A DNA stretch of 64,000 nucleotides from a virus (Duplodnaviria > Caudoviricetes): positions 259,175 to 323,174 of the IMG/VR virus record IMGVR_UViG_3300037722_000745; one strand, written 5' to 3'. Of the stretch, positions 20,375-29,968 are shown in pieces (the first letter of the stretch is position 1; each line of letters begins with the position of its first letter). Under the pieces are notes generated by a model, which was given only the letters and a program-made list of their open reading frames with translations, had not been told where the DNA came from and ran no database searches. A program made the position numbers and the translations under genes.

Positions 20375-20995
20375 ATGGCACGCAAAACAAAGAAGACTCC
20401 CAACGTTGACGTCAATTCCCTACTGACATCCCTCGCGAAGCGAGACCCAAAAAAGGGCAAGAAGGGAAGTGTCCCCGAGCTGACAAGTGCGGCAGCTCTG
20501 GCGGACAAGGCATTTTCCGCCTACGTCGAGATGAAAGACGCTACCGCCGCTTTCAAGGCGGTTGAAGGTGACGTTCTCGCTCTCACCGATGCAGAGTACG
20601 AGAAACGGGCGAAGTCTGGCGATTTCACCAAGAGTTTCAACCTGGTAGGTGAAGACACTGAAGGTGTTCAGGTCGTCTACTCTGATCGGTTCTCGGAACT
20701 CCCCATCGGGGCGGAAGAGGAACTTCGAGTGCACCTGGGAGACAACTTCAATCTCTACTTCGAGCAGAAGCGGGAGATCACTCTCAACAAGACCGATGAC
20801 GCCACGGTCCGCCTGCTCATCAAGAAGCTCGGGGAGGACGTGGTCGCGGAGCTGTTCGACATCAAGCTCTCCATCGCTGCCAAAGAGGGCATGGATCGCA
20901 ACCAGTTCGAGCTGCCCGAGGGTGTCGCCCTGCTGGCCGGTCTCAAGCAGAACAAGGCAGGCGTCCGGCCTATCAAGTCTGCCAAGAAGAAGTAA
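20375..20995 (+). CDS. Hypothetical protein with basic termini
   Basis: TTTTAA-N17-TGTAAT 6 nt before ATG; C-ending codon bias. Confidence 0.75.
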   Translation: MARKTKKTPNVDVNSLLTSLAKRDPKKGKKGSVPELTSAAALADKAFSAYVEMKDATAAFKAVEGDVLALTDAEYEKRAKSGDFTKSFNLVGEDTEGVQVVYSDRFSELPIGAEEELRVHLGDNFNLYFEQKREITLNKTDDATVRLLIKKLGEDVVAELFDIKLSIAAKEGMDRNQFELPEGVALLAGLKQNKAGVRPIKSAKKK

Positions 20996-21104
20996 CCCCT
21001 CCCCGCACTGTGTGCAGCGTACGGGAAGGGGGGACACGGGGCCTGCCGTTGGGCTCCGGCCACTGCACGGCGAACTAAAAACAGCGGCTCCAAGCGGATA
21101 GCGT

Positions 21105-21401
21105 ATGTCAGATTTACCACGCCAGTGTTACTGGATTCCCGTTGACAGTTTCGTGGAGGGGCAGGGCTTTAGAGCTTCGATTGTGATTGAAGGGGAACCT
21201 GGCCACTACCCCACCGGAGACTGGCCCTACGACGGTTCTCCTGGCCAGCGGCAACCCTACTTCTGGGGTCAGACCTACGACGAGGCCAAGACCATCGCGG
21301 ACGAACAGAACGAGAAGCTGGGGATCTCGAAACGGGACGCCCTAGAGATCGTAGCCTCGACCATGGGGCTGGGGAAAAGGCGAGGGAGGCACCGCCAGTG
21401 A
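21105..21401 (+). CDS. Hypothetical protein
   Basis: ORF coupled to next gene. Confidence 0.7.
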   Translation: MSDLPRQCYWIPVDSFVEGQGFRASIVIEGEPGHYPTGDWPYDGSPGQRQPYFWGQTYDEAKTIADEQNEKLGISKRDALEIVASTMGLGKRRGRHRQ

Positions 21402-21697
21402 GCCAAGTCAAATTCAAAACCCCGTTCATTGGGAAACGAATCGAGATCATGGCCGGCTGGGATCGGCCGCTCCAGCACTACTTCCTGACCATCTTCAACC
21501 TGGACGAAGACGAAGATGAAGTCTACTGGAGTACCCTGGACTTCCCGTCCGACGAGGACAACCACGGGACCGAGCGGCTACGCCGCCAGCTCGACAGCAT
21601 GGGCATCCCGGCCCCTGAGGGCTTCTGGGAGCGCGTCGAACGCCAGGAAGGCAACGTCAACCACGACTTCAAGGACGGCGCCTGGGAAAGCTACTGA
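21398..21697 (+). CDS. Hypothetical protein
   Basis: GTGA overlap; codon bias. Confidence 0.7.
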   Translation: MSQVKFKTPFIGKRIEIMAGWDRPLQHYFLTIFNLDEDEDEVYWSTLDFPSDEDNHGTERLRRQLDSMGIPAPEGFWERVERQEGNVNHDFKDGAWESY

Positions 21698-21797
21698 TGG
21701 GTTGGGTTTCCAAAATGATGCCGCCGCAGGCACTGATCATCCGAACACACCGTCTGGAAGCGACGATTCGGAACCACGCTCATGGTCGGCTAGCATC

Positions 21798-22346
21798 GTG
21801 AGGTTCTTCTACCCCAACAAACCGACCCGAGTCTACACGCCCGACCGAGTCATCCCGCGATTAACAAACCCCGCACAATGGGTTGTACAGCCCAAGTGGG
21901 ACGGGAAGCGGGCCGAGATCTCGTGCGAGGCCGGGAAGGTCATGCTGCGCAGCCGGGAAGGCCGAGAGTGGCCGGACCAGCGTTGGGGCTGGCTTGCGAG
22001 GTTGCCGCTACCCCAACCGTGGTTTCTCGACGGCGAGCTGACCAGGGACAACTATCTCCATGTGTGGGATTACGCTGTCCTAGGGGGCGAGTTGAAGTTC
22101 CGGGAACCCTACCAAGACCGCCTTGAACGGCTTCAAGAGCTTCTACCGAAGCTGCTGGTCCAGGAGAACCAGACCCTTGTGCCTATCGAGACGAGGCCGG
22201 CAACGGAGTACGAAGAGGTCCTAAAGCGGGAAGGCGATCCCCATCTCGAGGGCGTAGTTTGGAAGAATCTCCAAGGCACCGATTTTTGGGGCCCCTGGTC
22301 GACGAACACGATCTCGAGCCAGCTCAAATTCAGGTTCAACCCGTGA
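21798..22346 (+). CDS. Stand-alone ATP-dependent ligase/capping-type nucleotidyltransferase domain (no OB fold)
   Basis: QPKWDGKR (I), LDGEL (III), VWD (IIIa), EGVVWK (IV); start at GTG 21798 inferred. Confidence 0.75.
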   Translation: MRFFYPNKPTRVYTPDRVIPRLTNPAQWVVQPKWDGKRAEISCEAGKVMLRSREGREWPDQRWGWLARLPLPQPWFLDGELTRDNYLHVWDYAVLGGELKFREPYQDRLERLQELLPKLLVQENQTLVPIETRPATEYEEVLKREGDPHLEGVVWKNLQGTDFWGPWSTNTISSQLKFRFNP

Positions 22347-22870
22347 GGGTGGAAGTCGGCACACGGTTCCGAGCCCCCTACGAGGCTACCAAAGTCACCT
22401 GGGAGATCTACCGTAAGACGGCTGACGGCCGCTGGCTCGCACGCATCGAGGATGATGAGATTGCGGGTGACATCGGAACCTTCACGACACGGCAGATCGA
22501 ACAGCACTTGGGTTATGAGCAGGAGTTACGCCGAGCCCAGATCGATCATGAGAAGTTCTACCGCAGTCTGCCGATTGGGAAGATCGTCCACTACCACGAC
22601 GGTCATAACCGATTCGTTCGTTGTGAGGTGACTTCCGATCGCAAACTCAAGGCCATCGCATTGGTCGGCAATTGGCGCCCTGACGAATTGCCTCACAATC
22701 GCACAGACGGATCTAGGATTGTACCCTTCCACTCCCAGAGGGTTCTCCGCGGAGACGTCTTTGAACCTAGAGCACACACCGTGTACGAAGCGCTCTACGA
22801 AGCATATGAACACGATGATCCAGCACTCATGGACCCACGAGGGCTGCCAGATCTAAAACTCCAAATCTAA
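22343..22870 (+). CDS. Hypothetical protein
   Basis: GTGA overlap with upstream gene. Confidence 0.65.
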   Translation: MRVEVGTRFRAPYEATKVTWEIYRKTADGRWLARIEDDEIAGDIGTFTTRQIEQHLGYEQELRRAQIDHEKFYRSLPIGKIVHYHDGHNRFVRCEVTSDRKLKAIALVGNWRPDELPHNRTDGSRIVPFHSQRVLRGDVFEPRAHTVYEALYEAYEHDDPALMDPRGLPDLKLQI

Positions 22871-22909
22871 ATTTTTTAAGATCCCGTCGTGGTCAGTTGT
22901 ATAAACAGT

Positions 22910-23815
22910 ATGACCACGAAAAACCCAAACAGTCGTCTTCGGACGGCTATCGCAGCCCCCCGAGGCAAATCCCTTTTCAACGTCGATCCCGCGTCTCTGC
23001 TGATCATCGGCTTCGACACGGTGCCAGGTATGGACCGGCCCCACAAGCGTGGCGAACACGTGCTGTGGCAGGCCCGTGCCCTGGAGCCGGTGGACCCCGA
23101 CCTGGTCAACAGCATGATCGAGGACGGCTTCACGTCGGTCATCAACGTCCGCAAAGACGGGCCGAACCTCGAAGTCGTGGTCGGCCGGCGTCGAGTCAAG
23201 GCGGCTCGTCGTGCCAACGAGATCCTGGAAGAGCGTGGGCTCCCCCTGATCAAGGTCCAGTGCGAGGTTGTCAAGGGCAACGCCATCAGCCTATTCGGCC
23301 GCGTGATCTCGGAGAACGCCCTACGCAAGGACGTGCATCCGATCGACATGGCCGACGACCTTCAGCGGTTCCTCGACTTCGGAGCGACCGAAGAGGAGGC
23401 CGGTCGGCGTTGCGGCAAGACCATCCAGCAGTTGCGGATCACCCTCAAGCTGCTCGATCTCGATGAGGTCGTCCAGAAGGCCATTCGCGATGGCGTCTTG
23501 TCGGTCACGGCCGGCATCAAGCTGGCAGACCTGACTCGCGCCGATCAGAAGACCCAGCTCGCTAAGGTCATCACCGGCCAGGCAGGGCGGACGGTTGCCG
23601 CGGTGGCGTCGGTCGTCAAGGCCAACCAGAACGGAGGGGATGCCGTCCAGGCTCCAGGGAAGCGTCTTCTGAAGAAGCTGCTGGCCTCCGACGAGGCTGT
23701 TACCGTCTTCGGTGAGGACGGCATCAAGGCCCTTCGGTTCGCCATGGGCGACTTGCCGGTCACGAGCTTCGCCGGCCTGACCGCACTGATCCGCGAGGTC
23801 AAGTCCGCGAAGTAG
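22910..23815 (+). CDS. ParB/Spo0J-like protein
   Basis: EVVVGRRRVKAA, SENALRKD and HTH-like region; class A motif 6 nt before ATG. Confidence 0.8.
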   Translation: MTTKNPNSRLRTAIAAPRGKSLFNVDPASLLIIGFDTVPGMDRPHKRGEHVLWQARALEPVDPDLVNSMIEDGFTSVINVRKDGPNLEVVVGRRRVKAARRANEILEERGLPLIKVQCEVVKGNAISLFGRVISENALRKDVHPIDMADDLQRFLDFGATEEEAGRRCGKTIQQLRITLKLLDLDEVVQKAIRDGVLSVTAGIKLADLTRADQKTQLAKVITGQAGRTVAAVASVVKANQNGGDAVQAPGKRLLKKLLASDEAVTVFGEDGIKALRFAMGDLPVTSFAGLTALIREVKSAK

Positions 23816-23848
23816 GGGTGGGGTCCTAGGGGCCACACCCACCCTACT
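23811..23848 (+). terminator. Hairpin after ParB-like gene
   Basis: agtaggggtggggt / acccaccctact stem; no U-tract. Confidence 0.4.
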
Positions 23849-23928
23849 CCCAAAATCCAACCTACTTATACTTTTACATGGAACTAGTCTGGCTTCCCGC
23901 GTAAAATATACCGAGCAGGCAACCCAAC

Positions 23929-24255
23929 ATGGCACACAACACCATACCACCTGAGTCTCCTCTTCATCCCAGGTTGAAGCTGAAATTGGTCCAAGCCCTG
24001 GACAACACTGAGTACATCTACGAAGTCGCCAAGCAACTCGTAGGTGCATTTCACGAGCTGGATCGGGGGACTGTCCAGCTGGTCGGACAAGAGGATCCAA
24101 CCACTCTCAAAGCTGAGATCGACGCTAGCCTTCAGGCGGCCGAAGAGGCCCAGAACAACGTGAAGGCATTGTACGCGCTGCTGGAACTTCATAAGAGCAT
24201 CCTGCTAGAGGCTAAAGAGCAGCCCGTTCTGAGACCCCAGGACCAGGTACACTAG
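23929..24255 (+). CDS. Hypothetical helical protein
   Basis: 108 aa ORF. Confidence 0.6.
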   Translation: MAHNTIPPESPLHPRLKLKLVQALDNTEYIYEVAKQLVGAFHELDRGTVQLVGQEDPTTLKAEIDASLQAAEEAQNNVKALYALLELHKSILLEAKEQPVLRPQDQVH

Positions 24256-24424
24256 TGGCCCACACTCGAGACCTGAGAGAGTTGGATCGCTACTTGATCG
24301 AGATCCGCAAGGAGCGTCCCTTCCAACTACCGGCCGGCATGATTCCTGCCCCCGCTCGTTTTGAGGAAGAGAATCCCCATCCTTTGGATCTAGCCACGGA
24401 CCGGCCGACTGTACTTGAGATGGC

Positions 24425-25051
24425 TTAGCGAGGCTGCACGGGGGGTTCGACACCCCAACGGGAACTCGGGTCCAGCTGGATCAAGTCAAAGTAGTCTTGC
24501 CTCTCGCAGCACGGAATGATCCAGGGCGTCAGGTCAACCAGCAGGGCATGGTTGACCAATAGAACCCGACCAACTTGGCCGGTGCGCAACTCGTAGGGGT
24601 GGATGTTTTCGAACTCTGCGTGTAAACGCCACACCTCGCTCACAATGTGATCCAGATCTACACTGTCACCGTCTAAACGCAGGCGATCAATCGTTTGATG
24701 CACTGAGCAGTTCCACAGCCAGAACAACCGACGGATGTACTTTGGTTCGACCGCCGGGTTAGGGTTGCTTCCGACCTTGACGGAGTGCGTTCGTAGCTTC
24801 TTGACAAGGGGATGGTCTCGCAACAGTAACCGGTGGATGGCGTGAGGTAACGCATACCGGTCCTCTGCCGCCATCTGCAGGGCATAGAGAACCGCTTCGT
24901 AGTGCCCGTCATAGAGCACCCCACCTGGCTCTGAGCTACCCGGCTGGGGATCCATCTTGTTTGACTCCGTGACAAACTCGTGCGCCCAATCCGAAGGCAC
25001 TCCCGCCTGACGAAACAACTCCTCGATTGTATGCGCAGTGGCGATCTTCAT
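24425..25051 (-). CDS. Fic-domain protein with degenerate active-site motif
   Basis: ENIHPYELRTGQVGR versus HPFx(D/E)GNGRxxR; upstream HRLLL and RTHSVKVG. Confidence 0.7.
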   Translation of the reverse strand: MKIATAHTIEELFRQAGVPSDWAHEFVTESNKMDPQPGSSEPGGVLYDGHYEAVLYALQMAAEDRYALPHAIHRLLLRDHPLVKKLRTHSVKVGSNPNPAVEPKYIRRLFWLWNCSVHQTIDRLRLDGDSVDLDHIVSEVWRLHAEFENIHPYELRTGQVGRVLLVNHALLVDLTPWIIPCCERQDYFDLIQLDPSSRWGVEPPVQPR

Positions 25052-25284
25052 GGTTTCTGCCTGAGCCGCCGACTGGCTGCTCGAAGAGGTGTGGCCGACC
25101 GTCGGGTCACTTCGACCGAAGTCCCCCTATCAATCCCCAATGCCTCACGTAACAGCGCCTTCAGCACCGTCTGCCATTTCCCCCTTCGGCTCAAGGCTTC
25201 TTCCCGGATGGCTAATTCTAGGTCAGCTGGGAGTCTAATCGACACCGGGCGGCTCACCTTGGCTGTGTTTTTACGTGGTGGCAC
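25048..25284 (-). CDS. Ribbon-helix-helix (CopG-like) protein
   Basis: PVSIRLPADLELAIREEA. Confidence 0.7.
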   Translation of the reverse strand: MPPRKNTAKVSRPVSIRLPADLELAIREEALSRRGKWQTVLKALLREALGIDRGTSVEVTRRSATPLRAASRRLRQKP

Positions 25285-25286
25285 CT

Positions 25287-25538
25287 CTAGTCCTTACGCT
25301 TCCGAGAAGCATTGCGAAGCAAACGTTTGATCGCGATCCGTTGAGCCTGTGTTGGGTTCCGGTGTATTGGACCCGGAGGCTTTCTCCAGCCGTAGTAGGT
25401 GGCTTCGTTCGTCAGACCCACTTCGATCAACCACTGGAGGTACGTCTGATAGGGGATCTTATGATACGCAGCACCTTGCCTTGCCAACTCCAGCACGTCA
25501 GCTTTGATCTTCATTGTGATCGACTTCTTAGTCGCCAT
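25287..25538 (-). CDS. BrnA/CopG-like antitoxin-type RHH protein
   Basis: KKSITMKIKADVLE...IPYQTYLQ; CCGGTGTAG 7 nt before ATG 25538. Confidence 0.7.
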   Translation of the reverse strand: MATKKSITMKIKADVLELARQGAAYHKIPYQTYLQWLIEVGLTNEATYYGWRKPPGPIHRNPTQAQRIAIKRLLRNASRKRKD

Positions 25539-26085
25539 GGATGACCCTACACCGGATATAGACACAGTGGCGCCTCTACTGGAGGCACTCACGAAACAAC
25601 TCATCCAAAAGCTCTCGAAGATCTTCGAGGTAGAGACAATGCAGGATTTCCTATTTGGATCCACACGCCAAATAGAAGTTCCCGTTGCCCTCCAAGGGGT
25701 CCCTGTCGAGATCAAATTCGAGATTGGACCCCGAACCAAACTCTCAATCCGTATTGACTATGGTCGACCTCGCCGTTGGTTGTGTTCGGAGCGAATTCGC
25801 ATGGCTCGGGTACTACGCCATATTGTACAAGAGGTTCACCTAGCCCTCGAGAGGCACAAACAAGAGGCTGACCTTCGACGTAGAGCTGAACAGGCCCAAG
25901 AAGCCTTTGATCGTCTGACCACCGAACTTGGGTTCACTTCTGATGGCGGTCAAGTGAAGAAAGGACGGCTCCTACTGGAGTGCCTTCCGAACACCCCTAC
26001 ACAAGTACGCTTGACAATTCTCCTACCCCACACGCAAGCTTTGGAGGCGGTCCAGAAGTACTATAGAAAACACAAGGGGGATTGA
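25537..26085 (+). CDS. Hypothetical protein
   Basis: ORF; start uncertain. Confidence 0.55.
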   Translation: MDDPTPDIDTVAPLLEALTKQLIQKLSKIFEVETMQDFLFGSTRQIEVPVALQGVPVEIKFEIGPRTKLSIRIDYGRPRRWLCSERIRMARVLRHIVQEVHLALERHKQEADLRRRAEQAQEAFDRLTTELGFTSDGGQVKKGRLLLECLPNTPTQVRLTILLPHTQALEAVQKYYRKHKGD

Positions 26086-26095
26086 AAAGACGACC

Positions 26096-26794
26096 ATGCA
26101 AATACTGGTCATCGATGACGACACCAACCCTAACTGCACTGAATGTGTGATGCCGAAACGTAAAGACGAGCAATGGTTTCTGTTCGATTTGGATAGCTCC
26201 CTTGCGGACTTCGAAACGGTGATGATCGAGGAACTCGTTGCGATGCAGCAACCGGAGGAACCCCCACTTTCCACTGAGCATTGGTACCCAAACCGATTGC
26301 CAGATTGGCTTGTAGCCCGTAAGGACGCAATCAAAAAGGCCCACGGCTTTTGGCTCGGCCTGCCCCCAATCAAATTCGGGATCGAACTCTACCACGCAGC
26401 CGGTCAGTGGGGCTACGAACGGATGATCCTAACCAAAGGACCGAGACGGGTTGTGAACGCCTGGACTGAGAAGGTTCAGTGGTGTCAAAAGTATGTCCCC
26501 GAAGCAGGGATCACCATCACCCACGACAAAGGTCTCGTCTATGGTAAGGTGCTTTACGACGACTTCCCGCCGTATATCCTTCGCTGGTTGGAGTGGAGGC
26601 CCCGCGGAAAGGTTCTCATGCTAGACGCTCCGCACAATCAGGGCTTCAAACATCCCAATGTTCTGCGTTGTTTCCGAAGTCCTTTGGCAGAGCAGGCGGA
26701 CGCGATCAGGGGCTTCTTAGGGATCAGCGACCCTCCAGAGAAGCACTCCACAGCCGCGCCGGTGACGCCGGCTGTGGAGGACCATGAACCATAA
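26096..26794 (+). CDS. HAD-family 5'(3')-deoxyribonucleotidase (NT5C-like)
   Basis: FDLDSSLADF, ILTK, GKVLYDD motifs. Confidence 0.8.
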   Translation: MQILVIDDDTNPNCTECVMPKRKDEQWFLFDLDSSLADFETVMIEELVAMQQPEEPPLSTEHWYPNRLPDWLVARKDAIKKAHGFWLGLPPIKFGIELYHAAGQWGYERMILTKGPRRVVNAWTEKVQWCQKYVPEAGITITHDKGLVYGKVLYDDFPPYILRWLEWRPRGKVLMLDAPHNQGFKHPNVLRCFRSPLAEQADAIRGFLGISDPPEKHSTAAPVTPAVEDHEP

Positions 26795-26796
26795 AA

Positions 26797-26991
26797 TTTC
26801 AATTACGAGGGAGGCTTTCACCTCCCTCAGGCTCGATGAGCCTACGAGCTTTTCGAGAGCCTCAGTGGTGTGTTACCCTCGGGAGTCTCTCGCAACCCTG
26901 AGAGTTCCTTGAAAATTCAATAGGTTAGATGGATCCGGATCCCGCCGCTCTCGCAGCCTGAGGGAGGCTTTCACCTCCCTCGTAATTGAAA
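26797..26991. repeat. 195-bp element with inverted flanks and two GAGGGAGG-ctttca-CCTCCCTC hairpins
   Basis: Copies at 26807-26828 and 26960-26981; flanks tttcaattac/aggct mirrored. Confidence 0.85.
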
Positions 26992-27153
26992 ACCATTAGC
27001 GTCCCGGTGATCAACAGCCAACGTTGCCCCACATGAGCAGTTGCGAAGCTCGATCTGTCCGCCCAGACCATCGAGCTGAAAACCAATGAATTTCAGCTCT
27101 TCCTTGGTTTTGTAGGAAACCCCACAACAGGTGCAAGTAACGATCGTTCGCAT
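26971..27153 (-). CDS. Small Cys-rich (zinc-ribbon-like) protein
   Basis: CTCCG...CSCG; class A-like motif upstream; stop lies within the repeat. Confidence 0.65.
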   Translation of the reverse strand: MRTIVTCTCCGVSYKTKEELKFIGFQLDGLGGQIELRNCSCGATLAVDHRDANGFQLRGR

Positions 27154-27350
27154 GGCTTTGGATCGTATTACAACCTAACGGAGCCAAAATTTAAAGAACC
27201 GGTGTAGTGTTGTCTGGCCGATGCCGCAGCGAAAGGGGCCCCCGCAAGGGAAGCTCACCTCCCTAAAGAGTGAGACTAGTCAAACTGGAGATCTGGCAGG
27301 ATCATAGCGCGTGTGCGACGCCGAATAACCGTTTGTGGGAGAACTTCAAC

Positions 27351-27980
27351 ATGAGCATTTTCACAGGCAACAAAAAATGGTGGTATATCGGGTTCTTCAT
27401 CTTCTTGACTGTCACCGTAGGGTTGATCGTCTTTGGAGAGCTTACCCACGAGGAGCCTGGGTTGGAGCGGCCTGAAGTGTCCTGGCCCAAGGATGACTTC
27501 CCACTCTCAGTCCAAGCCACCTCACACGTGCCTGCACGGACCAAAGAAGATCGCAACGCGGTCAAAGCGGCGATCAAGACAACAAACGATCGTTTAGGGT
27601 TTACAGCCTTTAAGTATGACGACGACACTGATACTGCTCATGTCCAAGTGACAGTTGGAGTGCCCCAAGACTCTAGTCTGAAAACTCATGCTGACTTCGA
27701 TGGGCAGACACTCAAGGATGCCGGTGGTGCTTTCCTGCTGAAGGCATATCCTGGGGATAAGCGGTGGAAGGAATGTATAGTGCAGACTTCCAATACAGGT
27801 ACGATCGGCCTTCTGCACGCCGTTCTACAGCACGAGCTAGGCCACTGTTTAGGTTTGGCTCACGACGACTTTGAATCCTCCATCATGCACAACCCGCAGA
27901 AAGAGTGGTCGGGACAAGGATGGCCGGCTAGTCTCACGGATTTCGATCGGAACGAACTCCGAAAACGCTACGCCCCGTGA
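27351..27980 (+). CDS. Membrane-anchored matrixin/M10-like metalloprotease
   Basis: HELGHCLGLAH plus SIM Met-turn; N-terminal TM. Confidence 0.85.
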   Translation: MSIFTGNKKWWYIGFFIFLTVTVGLIVFGELTHEEPGLERPEVSWPKDDFPLSVQATSHVPARTKEDRNAVKAAIKTTNDRLGFTAFKYDDDTDTAHVQVTVGVPQDSSLKTHADFDGQTLKDAGGAFLLKAYPGDKRWKECIVQTSNTGTIGLLHAVLQHELGHCLGLAHDDFESSIMHNPQKEWSGQGWPASLTDFDRNELRKRYAP

Positions 27981-28205
27981 GAGACCCTGACTTATCTCCT
28001 AAGTCCCGGCTCTACATCGCCGACTTGCTCCGAGCGGAAGCTGAGAGGTTGAAGACCAGGGCTCGTTCCGTTGAATACTTTAACCCCGAACTGTGGGGAC
28101 GGTCCAAGGATTTAGAACGGTTGGCTGTTGAGTTGGAAGAGATGTGAGAGCGGGGTCTTCCGTAGGAGGGCTTCGTGTATTAAAAAACAAGGACTAGTGC
28201 CCTAG

Positions 28206-28925
28206 ATGTCAGGAATTACCCGTTTTCAGTTCTCGACCTTTGTTGCGGGACTTGCGTTGTTGGGGGCTTGCACGAGTGACGACCCCGCCACGATGAGCAC
28301 CGAGCCGAGCGAACCCTCCGGGGCTGCGGGTCAGCCCGCGGTGCCGACCGATCAGAGTTCCGGGGAACCGGCGCAGGGAATCGGCCCGGGGGAAGGAACC
28401 GAGCCCGGTGAGTCCACGGAGCCCTCTAACTACAGAGCGCACGTCTACATCTTCAGCGACGTGGAGGATCAAGCGCCCTCAGAGTTCGAGATCTCAGCCG
28501 GGGACGCATCCATCACGTGCTCGGCACGCCTACCGGGTAGCACTCCAATGACAAACGAAGGCTCCGGGCCGGTCTCTTGTGCTGGCTTCAACGAGAACCT
28601 CGTCGTTGAAGCGCACTACCCTGACGAGGCACTACCACCCCGGACACCTGAGTCCTCGGTGGTTCCACCAGAGCAACCCTCCCGCGAAGGCGAAGCGAGT
28701 TGTGACGAGTCAGCGTGCTCCCACACACCTAGTGGGGGACGCTACGATCCAGCGCCTGAGTTCCCGTACCTGGAGCTCTATCTGGCATCGAGGACCTTTG
28801 ACGAAGTCACGCTCAGCATTGAAGGGAACGGGAGGGATCTGGAAATGCCAGTAGCCCTTCAGAACGTGGCTGTTGGCTATGCTGTGCTCTACCTCAATGC
28901 AGACGATCCCTCCGCGGGGGAGTAG
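28206..28925 (+). CDS. Predicted lipoprotein
   Basis: Lipobox LALLGAC; P/E/S-rich linker. Confidence 0.7.
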   Translation: MSGITRFQFSTFVAGLALLGACTSDDPATMSTEPSEPSGAAGQPAVPTDQSSGEPAQGIGPGEGTEPGESTEPSNYRAHVYIFSDVEDQAPSEFEISAGDASITCSARLPGSTPMTNEGSGPVSCAGFNENLVVEAHYPDEALPPRTPESSVVPPEQPSREGEASCDESACSHTPSGGRYDPAPEFPYLELYLASRTFDEVTLSIEGNGRDLEMPVALQNVAVGYAVLYLNADDPSAGE

Positions 28926-28942
28926 GATCGCGCGACAGCTCA

Positions 28943-29530
28943 GTGGGCCTTGAAGCTCTTGTCGTATGGCTGAGCGTGCAGTGCTCCGGAGTGATCGCGG
29001 CGCCCCGGCTGGTACTCTACGCGGGGCACTGCAGCGAGGAGGTCAGCTGGGTCTCTCTTCCGACAGGCGTACGGCACCTTCCTGTCAAGTGCGAAGCGCA
29101 TCCTCGTGTCCAACGTGGAACTCCAATGGACATCGCGTTCTGCGTATTCGACCATGACCTTGTGACCGGCACGAGTCTGTTGATCGCCTCACATGAGGCT
29201 GCGGTCACTCTCGTTGGCTACGGCTATGGGGCTCTTGTCACTCCCGGCCAATACGTTCGGTCATTCAAGGCTCTGAGGTGGGAACCGGTGGAGCATTGGG
29301 GCGGATTGGCTGTTTCCGTAGAGCCGAGTTCCTTCTGCGGAGGTGACTCGGGCGGTCCGCTCTTTGACGAAAACGGCGCGTTGGTTGCCATTGCATCGGG
29401 CGCACCGGCTGGAGAGGACTGCAACCTCGTAGAGACGAAGCTCCATTCGGCCTACTACGCGCCTTTGCTGCCCACCCTCTCGTGGATAAGGGATAGGACC
29501 GGCATATCACTGGCACCGACCCAACCCTAA
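28943..29530 (+). CDS. Trypsin-like (S1) serine protease domain
   Basis: CSG, AGHC, DIA and GDSGGP catalytic-triad motifs; no signal peptide seen. Confidence 0.8.
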   Translation: MGLEALVVWLSVQCSGVIAAPRLVLYAGHCSEEVSWVSLPTGVRHLPVKCEAHPRVQRGTPMDIAFCVFDHDLVTGTSLLIASHEAAVTLVGYGYGALVTPGQYVRSFKALRWEPVEHWGGLAVSVEPSSFCGGDSGGPLFDENGALVAIASGAPAGEDCNLVETKLHSAYYAPLLPTLSWIRDRTGISLAPTQP

Positions 29531-29559
29531 TCAAAAATCGCCGGCCCCCCGCCAGGGGC

Positions 29560-29930
29560 TTCGCCCCACGATCATCATCTAACGCCTACCCCGCCCGACC
29601 TTAAAGCTCACCGCCTTCGAGTTTTTCAACACGGGCCTCTAGCTCCTCGCGCTCTTGGCTGATCGGTGTAGTAGCTGCGTCCGCGGAAGCACCTTCTACA
29701 CCGGTATCTTCCTACGCCGACACGCTGCAGTGGCTCGGTTGTCTACGTGCGCTGGGCCAAGAGACGCAAGACGCTGCCGATGCGAATGGGTCGCTGGTAC
29801 CGCGACAAGACCGTACCGAGTTTCGCCGACATGCTCGCCACACTGCGGCGACAATGCTGGACAGTTTGGGTTTCTGATCAGGCCGGGCGAGGCCGCCTCG
29901 ATCAAAAGTCTGCGCGCTGCGCGCGATCGT
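29560..29930 (+). mobile_element. IS remnants: IS5/IS1182-like end plus IS701-like transposase C-terminal fragment
   Basis: tttttcaacacgggcct followed by CTAG (29622-29642); RWYRDKTVPSFADMLATLRR recalled as an IS701-type tail. Confidence 0.5.
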
Positions 29931-29968
29931 GGACAGCGGGATCGGACCATCGTGGACACCCGGATCGT

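Noticed and set aside
24440-24455. tRNA T-arm-like gggggttcgacacccc
   Set aside because: No D-arm, anticodon or acceptor stem; lies in the Fic coding end.
25536-25539. Head-to-head overlapping start codons (CATG), also at 60790-60793
   Set aside because: In each pair one start is only the longest-ORF choice and lacks support.
27245-27268. 16S rRNA 3'-end-like ctcacctccct
   Set aside because: Match is only about 8 nt with no rRNA context; better explained as a degenerate copy of the hairpin element.
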